Source: an uncultured Candidatus Saccharibacteria bacterium
Lineage (GTDB): Bacteria > Patescibacteriota > Minisyncoccia > Phycocordibacterales > UBA918
NCBI GenBank assembly: GCA_964638425.1
Contig: CAZWYM010000002.1
Coordinates: 2,547-66,546 of the forward strand
Reading direction: 5' to 3'
DNA length: 64,000 bases
The translations under genes and the position numbers were made by a program. Shown in pieces: positions 17,934 to 27,532 of the stretch. A model generated the notes under the pieces. It was not told the origin of the DNA. It searched no databases and saw only the letters and a list, made by a program, of their open reading frames with translations. Within the stretch, counting starts at the first letter, position 1. Each line of letters begins with the position of its first letter.

Positions 17934-18776
17934 TCATTTAATAAAAATTCCGGTGCGAAGTTCTTCCATTGCCATTTGAAGCTCTTCGTCAGTGTTCATG
18001 ACGATTGGACCAGCCCAGCTGATACTTTCATGAAGTGGCTTCCCTCCGATGAGGAGAAACCGTGCGCCGTCTTTGCCCCCTGCACAGGTGAAATCAAAAT
18101 CATTGGTAAGGAGACCAATCTCACCTTCCCCGAGCCACAGCTCTGTTCTATCGTCACGGACTGATACACGCCCCTCAAATACGTACACAAAAAATGTATC
18201 TTCTCGGTTTGTTGGTAACGAGAATTGCGTGCGTTCTCCGAGTGTTATGTCGAGATATGTCGGAGCTACCATAAGATCTTGGACAGGACCTTTAATACCG
18301 TGGTATTCACCCGCAATAACCCTCACTTCGCTCCCATCGCCATGCACCGTCTTAATCTCGGTACTCTTAATTTCTTGGTAGCGTGGTGCCATCATTTTGT
18401 GTGTTGCGGGAAGATTGACCCAAAGTTGGAAACCCTGAACCCCTTCTTCATGCACAACCGGCATCTCTTCATGAATAAGCCCACTTCCGGCAGTCATCCA
18501 CTGAACTTCGCCAGTCTTAATACTCCCTTCATTTCCCATACTGTCTTTATGGTGTACCTCTCCTTTCAATATATAGGTAACCGTTTCAATACCGCGGTGA
18601 GGGTGCTTAGGAAATCCGTGCATATACGCATCCGCGTCAGTGTTACTAAAATCATCAAAAAGGAGAAACGGGTCAAAGAGTTTTGCGAGTTCAGGTCCAC
18701 CAAATCCACGATTGAGATGTACTCCAGCACCTTCGAGAGTTGGTGTGGTTTTGTATGTCTTCAGTATTTTCCTCAT
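17934..18776 (-). CDS. pirin-family cupin protein (quercetin 2,3-dioxygenase-like), inserted between rplC and rpsJ
   Basis: 280 aa; GFPKHPHRGIETVTYILKGEVHHKDSMGN carries the pirin HxH...E...H metal site. Confidence 0.75.
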   Translation of the reverse strand: MRKILKTYKTTPTLEGAGVHLNRGFGGPELAKLFDPFLLFDDFSNTDADAYMHGFPKHPHRGIETVTYILKGEVHHKDSMGNEGSIKTGEVQWMTAGSGLIHEEMPVVHEEGVQGFQLWVNLPATHKMMAPRYQEIKSTEIKTVHGDGSEVRVIAGEYHGIKGPVQDLMVAPTYLDITLGERTQFSLPTNREDTFFVYVFEGRVSVRDDRTELWLGEGEIGLLTNDFDFTCAGGKDGARFLLIGGKPLHESISWAGPIVMNTDEELQMAMEELRTGIFIK

Positions 18777-18872
18777 AACAGTAGGACTACTATAGCAAAT
18801 ATTCTCACATTGAGTGCATTAAGCCCTTGTGGTATGCTCCGCGTAGATATATTTGTACCTGAGGAGGTCATC

Positions 18873-19136
18873 ATGCGTATTTCAAGATCAAGAATCATAC
18901 TCTTACTTGGTGCTGTCATGTCATCGACAATGACGATACCAATTTTTGAATTACAATTAGAAAGAGAAGCGACGCGAATGCGGTCATGTGGTATTAAACT
19001 ACCAAAACGACTTCATTCTGTTCCAAAAGCATTTCAAAACAGATTGCTCTCCCTTGGAAACAAGCGGAGACATTCGGGGCATCGTGAAAGTAATGCACGT
19101 ATGTCGACACGTGGTAAACGTGGCGGGCGTAGGTAA
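18873..19136 (+). CDS. small protein (87 aa) with an Arg/Lys-rich C-terminus
   Basis: Strong SD gaggagg at 18861-18867, 5 nt before the ATG at 18873. Followed by two intrinsic-terminator hairpins. Confidence 0.4.
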   Translation: MRISRSRIILLLGAVMSSTMTIPIFELQLEREATRMRSCGIKLPKRLHSVPKAFQNRLLSLGNKRRHSGHRESNARMSTRGKRGGRR

Positions 19137-19140
19137 TATA

Positions 19141-19169
19141 AAATCCGTACACAATGTGTACGGATTTTT
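19141..19169. terminator. hairpin aaatccgtacaca-atg-tgtacggattttt (bidirectional)
   Basis: Perfect 13-bp stem plus T tract, 3' of both rpsJ (-) and the small ORF (+). Confidence 0.6.
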
Positions 19170-19183
19170 GTGTGTTACACAAC

Positions 19184-19212
19184 AAAACCCGCAGGCGAAG
19201 CCTGCGGGTTTT
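19184..19212. terminator. hairpin aaaacccgcaggc-gaa-gcctgcgggtttt
   Basis: Perfect GC-rich stem flanked by A and T tracts. Confidence 0.65.
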
Positions 19213-19239
19213 GTATACACACTGATGACAACTAATAAC

Positions 19240-19602
19240 CTACATCATCTTCACGTCAATCGAAACTCCAGATGGAAGTGAAAGGTTTGTGAGTGCTTCA
19301 ATTACTTTTGCACCCGGATTCATAATATCGATAACACGCTTGTGCATTCGCATTTCGAACTGTTCTCGCGCATCCTTGTAGACGAATGACGAGCGGTTCA
19401 CCGTGTATTTCTTGATTTCTGTAGGAAGCGGGATAGGACCGATAACCTTTGCATCGAAACGCAACGCGGTATCAATTATCTGCTTCACAGAAGAATCGAG
19501 GATTTTGTGCTCATACGCACGCACTCGAATCCGGAGCTTCTGGATTTCTCCAGAAACATCTTTCTTCACTTTCTTTGGTTCAGCTTTTGCTTTAGTTGTC
19601 AT
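19240..19602 (-). CDS. rpsJ: 30S ribosomal protein S10
   Basis: 120 aa; ...KLRIRVRAYEHKILDSSVKQIIDTALRFDAKVIGPIPLPT. Confidence 0.9.
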   Translation of the reverse strand: MTTKAKAEPKKVKKDVSGEIQKLRIRVRAYEHKILDSSVKQIIDTALRFDAKVIGPIPLPTEIKKYTVNRSSFVYKDAREQFEMRMHKRVIDIMNPGAKVIEALTNLSLPSGVSIDVKMM

Positions 19603-19632
19603 AGTACTGTGTAATGCTTCTAAATAATAGTG

Positions 19633-20823
19633 TTAGGCAACAATCTTTGTTACCACTCCAGCTCCAACAGTTCGCCCTCCTTCACGGATAGCAAAGTTCT
19701 GTTGTTCTTCGAGTGCTACTGGAGCTACGAGCTTCACTTTGAATTTCGCAGTATCCCCTGGCATAACCATCTCTACACCTTCAGCAAGAGTAACTTCTCC
19801 TGTTACGTCAGTTGTACGGATATAGAATTGAGGCTTGTATCCAGTAAAGAATGGTGTGTGTCGTCCTCCTTCATCCTTTGAAAGTACGTATACTTCTGCT
19901 TCAAAGTCTGTGTGTGGAGTAACTGAGTTCTTTGCTGCAAGAACCTGACCTCGGTGTACATCTTCCTTCTTTGTACCACGGAGGAGGATACCTGCGTTGT
20001 CTCCAGCTTGTGCAGCGTCAAGTTGTTTGTTGAACATTTCAACTCCGGTAACAGTTGTTGCCATAGTATCCTTGATACCAACAATTTGAACTTCTTCACC
20101 AACCTTTACGCGCCCTCGTTCTACACGACCAGTTACCACGGTACCTCGTCCTTCAATTGAGAAGATGTCCTCAATAGGCATAAGGAATGGCTTGTCGAGA
20201 TCACGAACTGGCATTGGGAAGTATGAATCCATTGCATCAACGAGTTCGAGTACCTTTGTACCCCATTCGCTTGATGGATCTTCAAGTGCCTTAAGACCTG
20301 AACCCTTAATAACAGGAGCCTTCGCACCATCGAAGCCGTTCTTTGTGAGAAGTTCACGAAGTTCTTCTTCAACGAGCTCAATCATTTCAGCGTCGTCAAC
20401 CATATCGCACTTGTTAAGGAATACGATGATGTTTGGTACACCAACCTGCTTTGCAAGGAGAACGTGCTCACGTGTTTGTGGCATCGCTCCGTCTGTTGCA
20501 GCAACCACGAGAACAGCACCGTCCATCTGTGCGGCACCAGTAATCATGTTCTTGATGTAGTCTGCGTGTCCTGGCGCATCAATGTGTGCGTAGTGACGGT
20601 TTGGAGTCTCGTACTCAGAGTGTGAGAGAGAAATAGTAATACCTCGTGCCTTTTCTTCTGGTGCCTTATCGATGTCATCTACACCTTTAACTGATGCACC
20701 ATATCCATTTCCCTTAGCGTTAAGCACGGTAAGGATTGCAGCGGTGAGCGTTGTCTTTCCATGGTCTACGTGACCAATAGTTCCAACGTTTACGTGCGGC
20801 TTTGAACGATCAAATTCTGCCAT
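19633..20823 (-). CDS. tuf: elongation factor Tu (start trimmed to [26 protein letters not shown])
   Basis: [15 protein letters not shown] and NKCD GTPase motifs. 396 aa from the ATG at 20821-20823. Confidence 0.95.
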   Translation of the reverse strand: MAEFDRSKPHVNVGTIGHVDHGKTTLTAAILTVLNAKGNGYGASVKGVDDIDKAPEEKARGITISLSHSEYETPNRHYAHIDAPGHADYIKNMITGAAQMDGAVLVVAATDGAMPQTREHVLLAKQVGVPNIIVFLNKCDMVDDAEMIELVEEELRELLTKNGFDGAKAPVIKGSGLKALEDPSSEWGTKVLELVDAMDSYFPMPVRDLDKPFLMPIEDIFSIEGRGTVVTGRVERGRVKVGEEVQIVGIKDTMATTVTGVEMFNKQLDAAQAGDNAGILLRGTKKEDVHRGQVLAAKNSVTPHTDFEAEVYVLSKDEGGRHTPFFTGYKPQFYIRTTDVTGEVTLAEGVEMVMPGDTAKFKVKLVAPVALEEQQNFAIREGGRTVGAGVVTKIVA

Positions 20824-21174
20824 AGTATTAAAACTAACTATTAGATAATAATTCCGCACACTGCAATCCTCTTTCATAAAAAATAAAAGAAGCACGATGA
20901 GTACACACAGGGAAGGGCGCGAGAACGCTGCCTTACCTCTGATACTTATCGTTGCATGTCAAAAAGAGCAAAAACTCCCTCAATCAGAGTCCAAAGAGAC
21001 CTGACGCGGTGACCGCAATAGTACAAGAATGCCCATATTTTTGCAAGCGGGGCGGAGACCATCTTTCGGTGACTTGTGTTTTAAATATTATGTGGTACTG
21101 TCCACACAGAAACACACCTGTGCATTTGTCACTGTTCTTTATCAAACATTCCCTACGTAAAGGAGAAAAGCATC

Positions 21175-21570
21175 ATGCCTACTGAAATACATGAGAATTT
21201 TAGGCTTAAAATCGACACAATTTGTAAAGTACCAATATTTGTCACCCCTGTAGCTGACTCACTTGTTACCAAAAAGTGGGATGCCCATGGTCCTACCATT
21301 CATCTTCAAGTGGTTAATGAGGCGGGATCCCTCTTTCATGTAAGTGACTTAGAAAAGATGTGTCTCAATAGACAGGACTTGAAATGCATCCTCGATTTGT
21401 GTGAACGACGCCCACTCCTCCTCTGCAGGACCTTTCTTACCGGCGGGAATTCTGCATGCACACGATTTCATCGGAAGTATTGGCATATTGATGGTCAGGG
21501 ACTCATACATATATCGTTCATTCTTCATGAAGAGAAAGAACCTATACTCGAAGGCGACCCGCGCGCATAG
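21175..21570 (+). CDS. hypothetical protein (131 aa) inserted between fusA and tuf on the opposite strand
   Basis: SD aaaggagaaaag before the ATG at 21175. Followed by the terminator at 21588-21627. Confidence 0.4.
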   Translation: MPTEIHENFRLKIDTICKVPIFVTPVADSLVTKKWDAHGPTIHLQVVNEAGSLFHVSDLEKMCLNRQDLKCILDLCERRPLLLCRTFLTGGNSACTRFHRKYWHIDGQGLIHISFILHEEKEPILEGDPRA

Positions 21571-21587
21571 ACTATGTTCTTTTCACC

Positions 21588-21627
21588 AAAAACCCCATTT
21601 GCGGATGCAAATGGGGTTTTATTTTTT
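21588..21627 (+). terminator. hairpin aaaaccccatttgc-ggat-gcaaatggggtttt plus T tract
   Basis: Perfect stem followed by ttattttttc. Confidence 0.65.
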
Positions 21628-21649
21628 CTAGGCTTCCTCAATATCTTTC

Positions 21650-21745
21650 AGCGTCAGGTTTCTAAACTCACCACGTTCGTTAAGAACCTCCTGCCCGGCC
21701 TCACGGTTTCGTCTCCTTGCGGTCGACGAAACATCGTTCCGGCTT
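21650..21745 (-). repeat. R1 structured-repeat copy D (sense on the minus strand, 3' of fusA)
   Basis: The reverse complement reads agccggaacgatg-[tttcgtc gaccgcaaggaga gacgaaa]-ccgtgag-gccgggcaggaggtt-cttaacgaacgtggtgagtttagaaacctgacg. Confidence 0.8.
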
Positions 21746-21888
21746 TTGTCAAGGACTGAAGAAGCTTACGCTTCTTCTTCAATATCCTTCCCTCCTTACA
21801 GGAGCAGTACACCTTGTGGATATTTTGTTTCGTTAGGATTCACAAAATACCTCACAAGCTCGGTAAAAGATATATCGAAGCAATAACT

Positions 21889-21916
21889 AAAAATGCACCC
21901 TCTCGGGTGCATTTTT
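21889..21916 (-). terminator. hairpin aaaaatgcaccc-tctc-gggtgcattttt immediately 3' of fusA
   Basis: Perfect stem with A/T tracts, 3 nt from the fusA stop. Confidence 0.65.
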
Positions 21917-21918
21917 AG

Positions 21919-24096
21919 TTATTCTTCGGTTTCTATATCTTTTACCCCTCTCGCCTTCTTGATTTCGATTGCCACGTTTGGTGGTACAACATCGTAATGA
22001 TCAAATTCCATCGTCATGTTTGCTCGTCCTTCAGTCATTGAGCGAAGTGCTGTGGTATACCCAAACATTTCTGAAAGTGGCACTTTCGCATGAACTACAC
22101 GTACAAGGTCTCGGTCTTCCATACCCTCCACGAGTCCACGCTTTGAACTAATGTTTCCGTTTACGTCACCCATGAACTTCTCTGGGGTAGTAACCTCTAC
22201 CTTCATGATTGGTTCAAGGAGGACCGCACCTGCCTTTTGAGCTGCTTCCTTAAATGCATGAATACCTGCAAGACGGAATGCAATTTCGCTTGAGTCTACA
22301 TCGTGGTAGCTACCATCGAAGAGTTCGACTGAAACGTCCTCCATTTTGTACCCAGCCACAAATCCTCGTGCCATTGCCTCCTTACATCCCTTCATAACAG
22401 CTGGGATAAATTCGTTTGGAATAACTCCTCCCTTAATGTTATTAACGAATTCGAAGTGATCTTCACGAGTGATGTTTTTCGCAAGTGACTTTCCTTCTTC
22501 GAGTTCAAGCGGTTCAAGTGGTTTAATTCGAATCTTCACGTGACCGTACTGACCACGACCTCCTGATTGCTTAACATACTTGTATTCAGCTTCAGCTGAA
22601 TGTTGAATTGTTTCTCGGTATGCTACCTGTGGCTTACCTACGTTTGCTTCAACACCGAACTCTCGCTTCATTCGGTCTACGAGAATTTCGAGGTGAAGTT
22701 CACCCATACCTGCAATAATCGTTTCTCCAGTCTCTTCATCGCTCGAAATTTTGAATGTTGGGTCTTCATCTGAAAGCTTCTTCATAGCCATACCCATTTT
22801 TTCTTGGTCGTTCTTTGTCTTTGGCTCGATACGCATTGCAACCACTGGTTCAGGGAAGACAATTTGTTCAAGTGCAATTGGATGATTTTCATCACAGAGA
22901 GTGTGTGAAGTTTTTACATCCTTAAGACCTACTCCTGCAGCAATTTCACCAGCGTATACCTCTTCGACTTCTGTTCGTTTATCTGCCATGAGTCGTACGA
23001 TACGTCCGAGTCGCTCTTTCTGCCCTGTTGTTGAGTTGTAGATGTAGCTTCCTGCCTTCACTGTACCTGAGTACACACGGAAGAATGTAAGCTGTCCTAC
23101 GAATGGGTCTGTCTGGAGTTTAAATGCTAGCGCACAGAATGGTGATGCGTCATCAGCAATTCGAGTTTCTTCAACATCAGTGTCTGGATTCGTTCCCTTA
23201 ATAGCAGGGAGATCAACTGGAGATGGAAGGTAGTCAACAACGGCATCGAGTACACGTTGTACTCCCATGTTCTTGAGTGCAGAACCAGTCATCACAGGGA
23301 AAATTTTGTTTGCAATCACCGCCTTTCGAAGTGTCTTTTGAAGCTCTTCATAGCTTGGTTCAACACCTTCAAGATATGCATTCATTTGTGCATCGTCATG
23401 TTCCACAATTCGTTCAACAAGTTCACCGTGATACTTTTCTGCATCAGCACGAAGCTCATCTGGAATTTCAACTTCCACTACCTTCATTCCCATTTCTCCT
23501 TCAAATACATACGCCTTCATCTTGAGAAGGTCGACAACTCCCTTGAGGTTTTCTTCACTTCCCCATGGAATTTGGTATCGCACTGCCTTTGGAGAAAGGC
23601 GTGAAAGAATTGAAGCATATGAACGCTCAAAATCTGCTCCTGTTCGGTCCATCTTATTGATGAAACAAATTCGTGGAACTCCAGCTTCGTCAGCGTATCT
23701 CCAGTTTGTTTCTGATTGTGGCTCTACACCTGCTACTCCGTCGAATACGACGATAGCACCATCAAGCACGCGCATCGAACGCTTTACTTCTGCGGTAAAG
23801 TCGATGTGTCCAGGAGTATCGATGATGTTAAAAGTATATTTAAAATCATCATTATTTCGGTCTGCAATGAGTGATGGAGTCCAGTTACATGAAATCGCTG
23901 CAGCAGTAATAGTAATACCTCGTTCTCGTTCCTGCTCCATCCAGTCAGTTACGGTTGCGCCATCGTGCACCTCTCCGATTTTGTGACTCATTCCTGTATA
24001 AAAGAGTACGCGCTCAGAAGTTGTGGTTTTACCCGCGTCTACGTGAGCAACGATACCGAAGTTTCGAAGCTTATGAAGTGGAAATGCTCGTGCCAT
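21919..24096 (-). CDS. fusA: elongation factor G
   Basis: 725 aa; N-terminal AHVDAGKTTT..., DTPGHIDF and NKMDR G-domain motifs. Confidence 0.95.
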   Translation of the reverse strand: MARAFPLHKLRNFGIVAHVDAGKTTTSERVLFYTGMSHKIGEVHDGATVTDWMEQERERGITITAAAISCNWTPSLIADRNNDDFKYTFNIIDTPGHIDFTAEVKRSMRVLDGAIVVFDGVAGVEPQSETNWRYADEAGVPRICFINKMDRTGADFERSYASILSRLSPKAVRYQIPWGSEENLKGVVDLLKMKAYVFEGEMGMKVVEVEIPDELRADAEKYHGELVERIVEHDDAQMNAYLEGVEPSYEELQKTLRKAVIANKIFPVMTGSALKNMGVQRVLDAVVDYLPSPVDLPAIKGTNPDTDVEETRIADDASPFCALAFKLQTDPFVGQLTFFRVYSGTVKAGSYIYNSTTGQKERLGRIVRLMADKRTEVEEVYAGEIAAGVGLKDVKTSHTLCDENHPIALEQIVFPEPVVAMRIEPKTKNDQEKMGMAMKKLSDEDPTFKISSDEETGETIIAGMGELHLEILVDRMKREFGVEANVGKPQVAYRETIQHSAEAEYKYVKQSGGRGQYGHVKIRIKPLEPLELEEGKSLAKNITREDHFEFVNNIKGGVIPNEFIPAVMKGCKEAMARGFVAGYKMEDVSVELFDGSYHDVDSSEIAFRLAGIHAFKEAAQKAGAVLLEPIMKVEVTTPEKFMGDVNGNISSKRGLVEGMEDRDLVRVVHAKVPLSEMFGYTTALRSMTEGRANMTMEFDHYDVVPPNVAIEIKKARGVKDIETEE

Positions 24097-24276
24097 ATGT
24101 AATGTATTAATAAATTAAAATAAACTGAACCGGTGACTTCCCTAATTACTGTGAAAAACACAGGAGGGTCTGGGGCTAAGTGGCGTTACTATACGGTATT
24201 TACCTCTATTCGGCAATACGCATTGCTATTCAATTCTCCCTCTCACATGTCAATAAAAGCCGGCTATAATACATGC

Positions 24277-25281
24277 ATGAAATATACGTATGTTTCTTTC
24301 CTATTTCTAATGACTCTTTTCAGTCACACCGTCTCTGCAGAAGAATTAAATGCAGGGTTTGTTCAGGGTCTTTGGTATTCAAATGAGCACGTTTTCGTTG
24401 ACACCCCAACACGTGTCTACGTTGCGCTCCGAAACAACACCGAACACGACCTCACCGGAACGGTACTCTTTACCGATAATGGTAAGCGTATTGGATCATC
24501 GTATGTAAGTACCCTCTCGGGGAGACTTGTCGAGGCTTGGGTGGACTGGGTTCCGACCTACGGGGAACACAAAATAACCGCATATGTGAGTGATGCCGAA
24601 CTTCATGTTATTGGAAAAGGAAAGGAATCAATAGATATGACGAGTATCGTTGCGGAAGATACGCTTCTGGTTGATTATGATACCGACCATGATGGCATTG
24701 GAAATGAAACGGATACCGACGATGATAACGACACAGTATCTGATCTCGAAGAACAATCGCGAGGAACCAACCCCGTTGTCGCCAATCCGCAAGAAAAAAA
24801 GGCTGACGTTGCTGAAGAACCAGCCAAAGTAAACACGGTTCAGGCGGAACCTTCACCTTCAAACAACGAAACGTCCGGGCAAGGACTCGAACGATTTGTT
24901 GAAAACCCTACCGCAGACGCACTCCTGAGTGGTCTCACCTCAAAGGTAGAGCAAGCAAAGGAGTCCCTCGATACCTACCGCAAGGAACGTAATGAAGCAC
25001 AAGATACACCTTCGATAACTTCAGAAGAACCCGAAACGAAGCTGGGTACATACACAGAGAATGCCACCATTACTCGAACAAAAATTGAAACGAAGAATAG
25101 TTTCCTTAGTTCATTTGTGTCAGGAATGGCTGCGATCCTCCAAAAAATATACACCCTCTTCCTCTGGATACTCTCAAAAATACTTTCATCCCCTTCACTT
25201 CTTGAACTCGCTTTGCTGTTAAGCATTCTCTACACCCTGTACCGCGTCGCGCGCGGGTTTGGAAGACGACCAAATATGTAG
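24277..25281 (+). CDS. secreted/membrane-anchored protein with signal peptide, acidic DxDxDGxxN Ca-binding-like repeat and a C-terminal TM segment
   Basis: MKYTYVSFLFLMTLFSHTVSA signal peptide; DYDTDHDGIGNETDTDDDNDTVSD; hydrophobic C-terminus. The start is ambiguous (24247 or 24277). TATAAT at 24265-24270 sits 6 nt before 24277. Confidence 0.5.
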   Translation: MKYTYVSFLFLMTLFSHTVSAEELNAGFVQGLWYSNEHVFVDTPTRVYVALRNNTEHDLTGTVLFTDNGKRIGSSYVSTLSGRLVEAWVDWVPTYGEHKITAYVSDAELHVIGKGKESIDMTSIVAEDTLLVDYDTDHDGIGNETDTDDDNDTVSDLEEQSRGTNPVVANPQEKKADVAEEPAKVNTVQAEPSPSNNETSGQGLERFVENPTADALLSGLTSKVEQAKESLDTYRKERNEAQDTPSITSEEPETKLGTYTENATITRTKIETKNSFLSSFVSGMAAILQKIYTLFLWILSKILSSPSLLELALLLSILYTLYRVARGFGRRPNM

Positions 25282-25303
25282 CCTTATGCTACACTATTCG
25301 CCT

Positions 25304-25654
25304 ATGAATACATACAAAGGAAGCTGTCACTGCGGTGCGGTAACGTACACCGTGAATGCAGATATTGAAAACGCAATTGATTGCAACTGCTCACACTGTT
25401 CGCGTAAGGGAATGTTACTCAGTTTTATCCCAGGGGAAGAGTTTACTCTCCTATCAGGCGAGGAAAATCTCACTGATTATTTATTCAATAAGAAATACAT
25501 CCACCACCTTTTCTGTAAGACATGTGGTGTGCAATCATTTGCACGAAGTATGAATAGCGAGGGGAAGGAAACGATTGCGCTCAACGTGCGCACCCTCCAC
25601 GACTTTGATTTGGAAGCACTGACTCTAATCAAAGCAGACGGAAAACATTCGTAA
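25304..25654 (+). CDS. GFA-family zinc protein (glutathione-dependent formaldehyde-activating enzyme/CENP-V-like)
   Basis: MNTYKGSCHCGAVTYTV...DCNCSHCSRKG...FCKTCG cysteine motifs. Confidence 0.6.
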   Translation: MNTYKGSCHCGAVTYTVNADIENAIDCNCSHCSRKGMLLSFIPGEEFTLLSGEENLTDYLFNKKYIHHLFCKTCGVQSFARSMNSEGKETIALNVRTLHDFDLEALTLIKADGKHS

Positions 25655-25687
25655 TTGTAATCATCTAAAATTCAAAGAAATACCGCG

Positions 25688-25720
25688 TCCTTTGAGAGAC
25701 GCGGTATTTTCTAACCTGAA
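25688..25720. terminator. hairpin aaataccgcgtc-ctttgagag-acgcggtatttt (bidirectional)
   Basis: Perfect 12-bp stem between convergent genes. Confidence 0.6.
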
Positions 25721-26028
25721 ACTGAAAAGCCTGCCTTATGTGCGCCTGTTGCAATCACCTGTTTTGCACCATCTACATCAGACGCATATATTCGCAGTTC
25801 TTGAATAGATATATTATCTCGCACTGACAAGAGAAGACTTCCTTCACCTATTGTGATTTTTACCCGCCGCTGTCCTTTCGTATTGGGAAGTCCTGATTTT
25901 ATGAAGCCAACAGAAATTTTGGTGACGTACGCACTCCCATCTGCAATATCTGCAATTATTACAGCCGCAGGAATGCAGGTGGTGTGACTCCCACTAAACT
26001 TTCCGCCATTTCGTGAATGCTTTGACAT
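25711..26028 (-). CDS. hypothetical protein (105 aa), possibly beta-helical (bactofilin-like Gly/Val periodicity); weak call
   Basis: ORF with ATG but no clear SD. Overlaps the hairpin by a few nt. Confidence 0.3.
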   Translation of the reverse strand: MSKHSRNGGKFSGSHTTCIPAAVIIADIADGSAYVTKISVGFIKSGLPNTKGQRRVKITIGEGSLLLSVRDNISIQELRIYASDVDGAKQVIATGAHKAGFSVSG

Positions 26029-26142
26029 CGTTGCATTTTACACCACTGTTCTAAATACAATGAGTGCTAATAATAACCTTGCTTAAGAACTCGCTTTGGT
26101 AAATCACATTCTTGAGGAGAGAACGCGAAGAAAGCCCCGAAT

Positions 26143-26199
26143 TTTTGCGAGCCGTACTAGACGTACGGTGAACAAAAATTCGGGGCTTTCGACAAAGTT
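26143..26199 (-). terminator. long compound hairpin aaagccccgaatttttg ... acaaaaattcggggcttt enclosing ccgtac-tag-acgtacgg, about 120 nt 3' of rpsG
   Basis: Read directly; about 17-bp outer stem plus an inner palindrome. Confidence 0.5.
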
Positions 26200-26317
26200 A
26201 TCTTCCGAGAATGTGGTCTTTAGACGACAACTCGTGATATTTTTTCGCTTTGTCCTCAAAAATATCTACGAGTTCCTGTAAAAGTTTCGATATTGTCGCT
26301 ACGCTCTGTATCTCACT

Positions 26318-26791
26318 TTACCAGGCAAAATGGGCGAAAGCTCGGTTAGCCTCTGCCATCTTGTGTGTATCCTCTCGCTTCTTCACTGCTGCTCCTTCCT
26401 CACGTGCTGCGAGCATAAGCTCTGCTGCGAGTGACTTGAACATTGGTGTTCCCTTTTGCTTTCGTGCTGCTCCAATAATCCAACGGAGTGCAAGTGCGAG
26501 TCGTCGTTCTGGACGAACTTCACGTGGAACTTGGTAGTTTGCTCCACCAACTCGTCGTGAGCGGACTTCCATTTGTGGTCCCGCGTTACGGATTGCTGTT
26601 TCAAAAATCTCTACTGGGTCTCCACCTCCTTCCTTCGCGTTCTTAATTTCTTCAAATGCAGCGTATACAATCTTTCGCGCTGTCTCCTTCTGTCCATTTA
26701 CCATGATGTAGTTGATGAGACGTGACACATTTACTGAGTCATGTCGTTCATCTCCTCCTACTGGTGGTCGTCTTTTTATTGGTCGTCGCAT
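26318..26791 (-). CDS. rpsG: 30S ribosomal protein S7
   Basis: 157 aa; ...[24 protein letters not shown]... Confidence 0.9.
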   Translation of the reverse strand: MRRPIKRRPPVGGDERHDSVNVSRLINYIMVNGQKETARKIVYAAFEEIKNAKEGGGDPVEIFETAIRNAGPQMEVRSRRVGGANYQVPREVRPERRLALALRWIIGAARKQKGTPMFKSLAAELMLAAREEGAAVKKREDTHKMAEANRAFAHFAW

Positions 26792-26907
26792 ATATTTTTA
26801 TTGGTCGTCGCATATTGTGGCATTCTTTCGAATCCACTCTATAATCTTTAGCGACTATAAACTATTAATTAAATTAATTTTTGTTTGAGGCCTACTTTGT
26901 GTATAGT

Positions 26908-26942
26908 GACGTCGCATTTTCTTCTGTGTGAAGAAAATGCGA
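26908..26942 (-). terminator. hairpin gtcgcattttcttc-tgtgtg-aagaaaatgcgac between rpsL and rpsG (attenuator-like)
   Basis: Perfect 14-bp stem inside the 194-nt rpsL-rpsG spacer. Confidence 0.45.
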
Positions 26943-26985
26943 CGGACTCAGAAATTACAGTCGCTTGCGCTCGTTAATTTCTGGC

Positions 26986-27402
26986 CTATTTACCTGCTTT
27001 GGGCTTCTTCGCACCGTATCGTGATCGTGATACTCGTCGCTTATCTACACCTGTTGCGTCGTATTTTCCACGAACGATAGTGTAGTTAACACCGATGTCC
27101 TTCACACGTCCACCTCGTACAAGTACCACAGAGTGTTCCTGAAGGGTGTGTCCCTCACCTGGAATGTACGCGGTAATTTCCTGACCATTCGTGAGGCGTA
27201 CACGAGCAATCTTTCGAATAGCTGAGTTTGGCTTACGAGGAGTCTTTGTAGTTACACGAGTACACACACCACGCTTAAATGGTGAGTCATACTCGTTAGG
27301 ATGGTTAATGATCGAATTGAAACCAGAACGAAGCGCACCAGTTTTACTCTTGGTAGCGACGGTCTTTCGAGCCTTTTTTGTTAATTGATTGATTGTTGAC
27401 AT
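26986..27402 (-). CDS. rpsL: 30S ribosomal protein S12
   Basis: 138 aa; ...[53 protein letters not shown]... Confidence 0.95.
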   Translation of the reverse strand: MSTINQLTKKARKTVATKSKTGALRSGFNSIINHPNEYDSPFKRGVCTRVTTKTPRKPNSAIRKIARVRLTNGQEITAYIPGEGHTLQEHSVVLVRGGRVKDIGVNYTIVRGKYDATGVDKRRVSRSRYGAKKPKAGK

Positions 27403-27532
27403 TTCTTACGTAATTTATGTTCTCGAGATAGCGGAATGCTATTCACTAGAAAATCCGCTAAAACAGTGCCGATACTCTACTACAAGTAGCGAAATGTGCA
27501 AGTCCTTGGGAGGGCGAGTGCGCCTCAAACCC

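Noticed and set aside
18225-19136. 303-aa plus-strand ORF spanning the pirin gene antisense
   Set aside because: Only its last 87 codons (18873-19136) have an SD and a start. The rest is antisense to a confidently assigned pirin CDS.
20900-21015. Plus-strand R1-like fragment (…cttatcgttgcatg…aaagagacctgacgcgg) in the tuf promoter region
   Set aside because: It is too degenerate to call and is the only candidate in antisense/promoter context. It is mentioned only as a caveat to the 3'-of-gene orientation rule.
24133-24276. N-terminal 48 codons of the track ORF 24133-25281
   Set aside because: A signal peptide begins at M49 (24277), and TATAAT lies at 24265-24270. The upstream part lacks SD and overlaps the fusA promoter region. 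The alternative start at 24247 remains possible.
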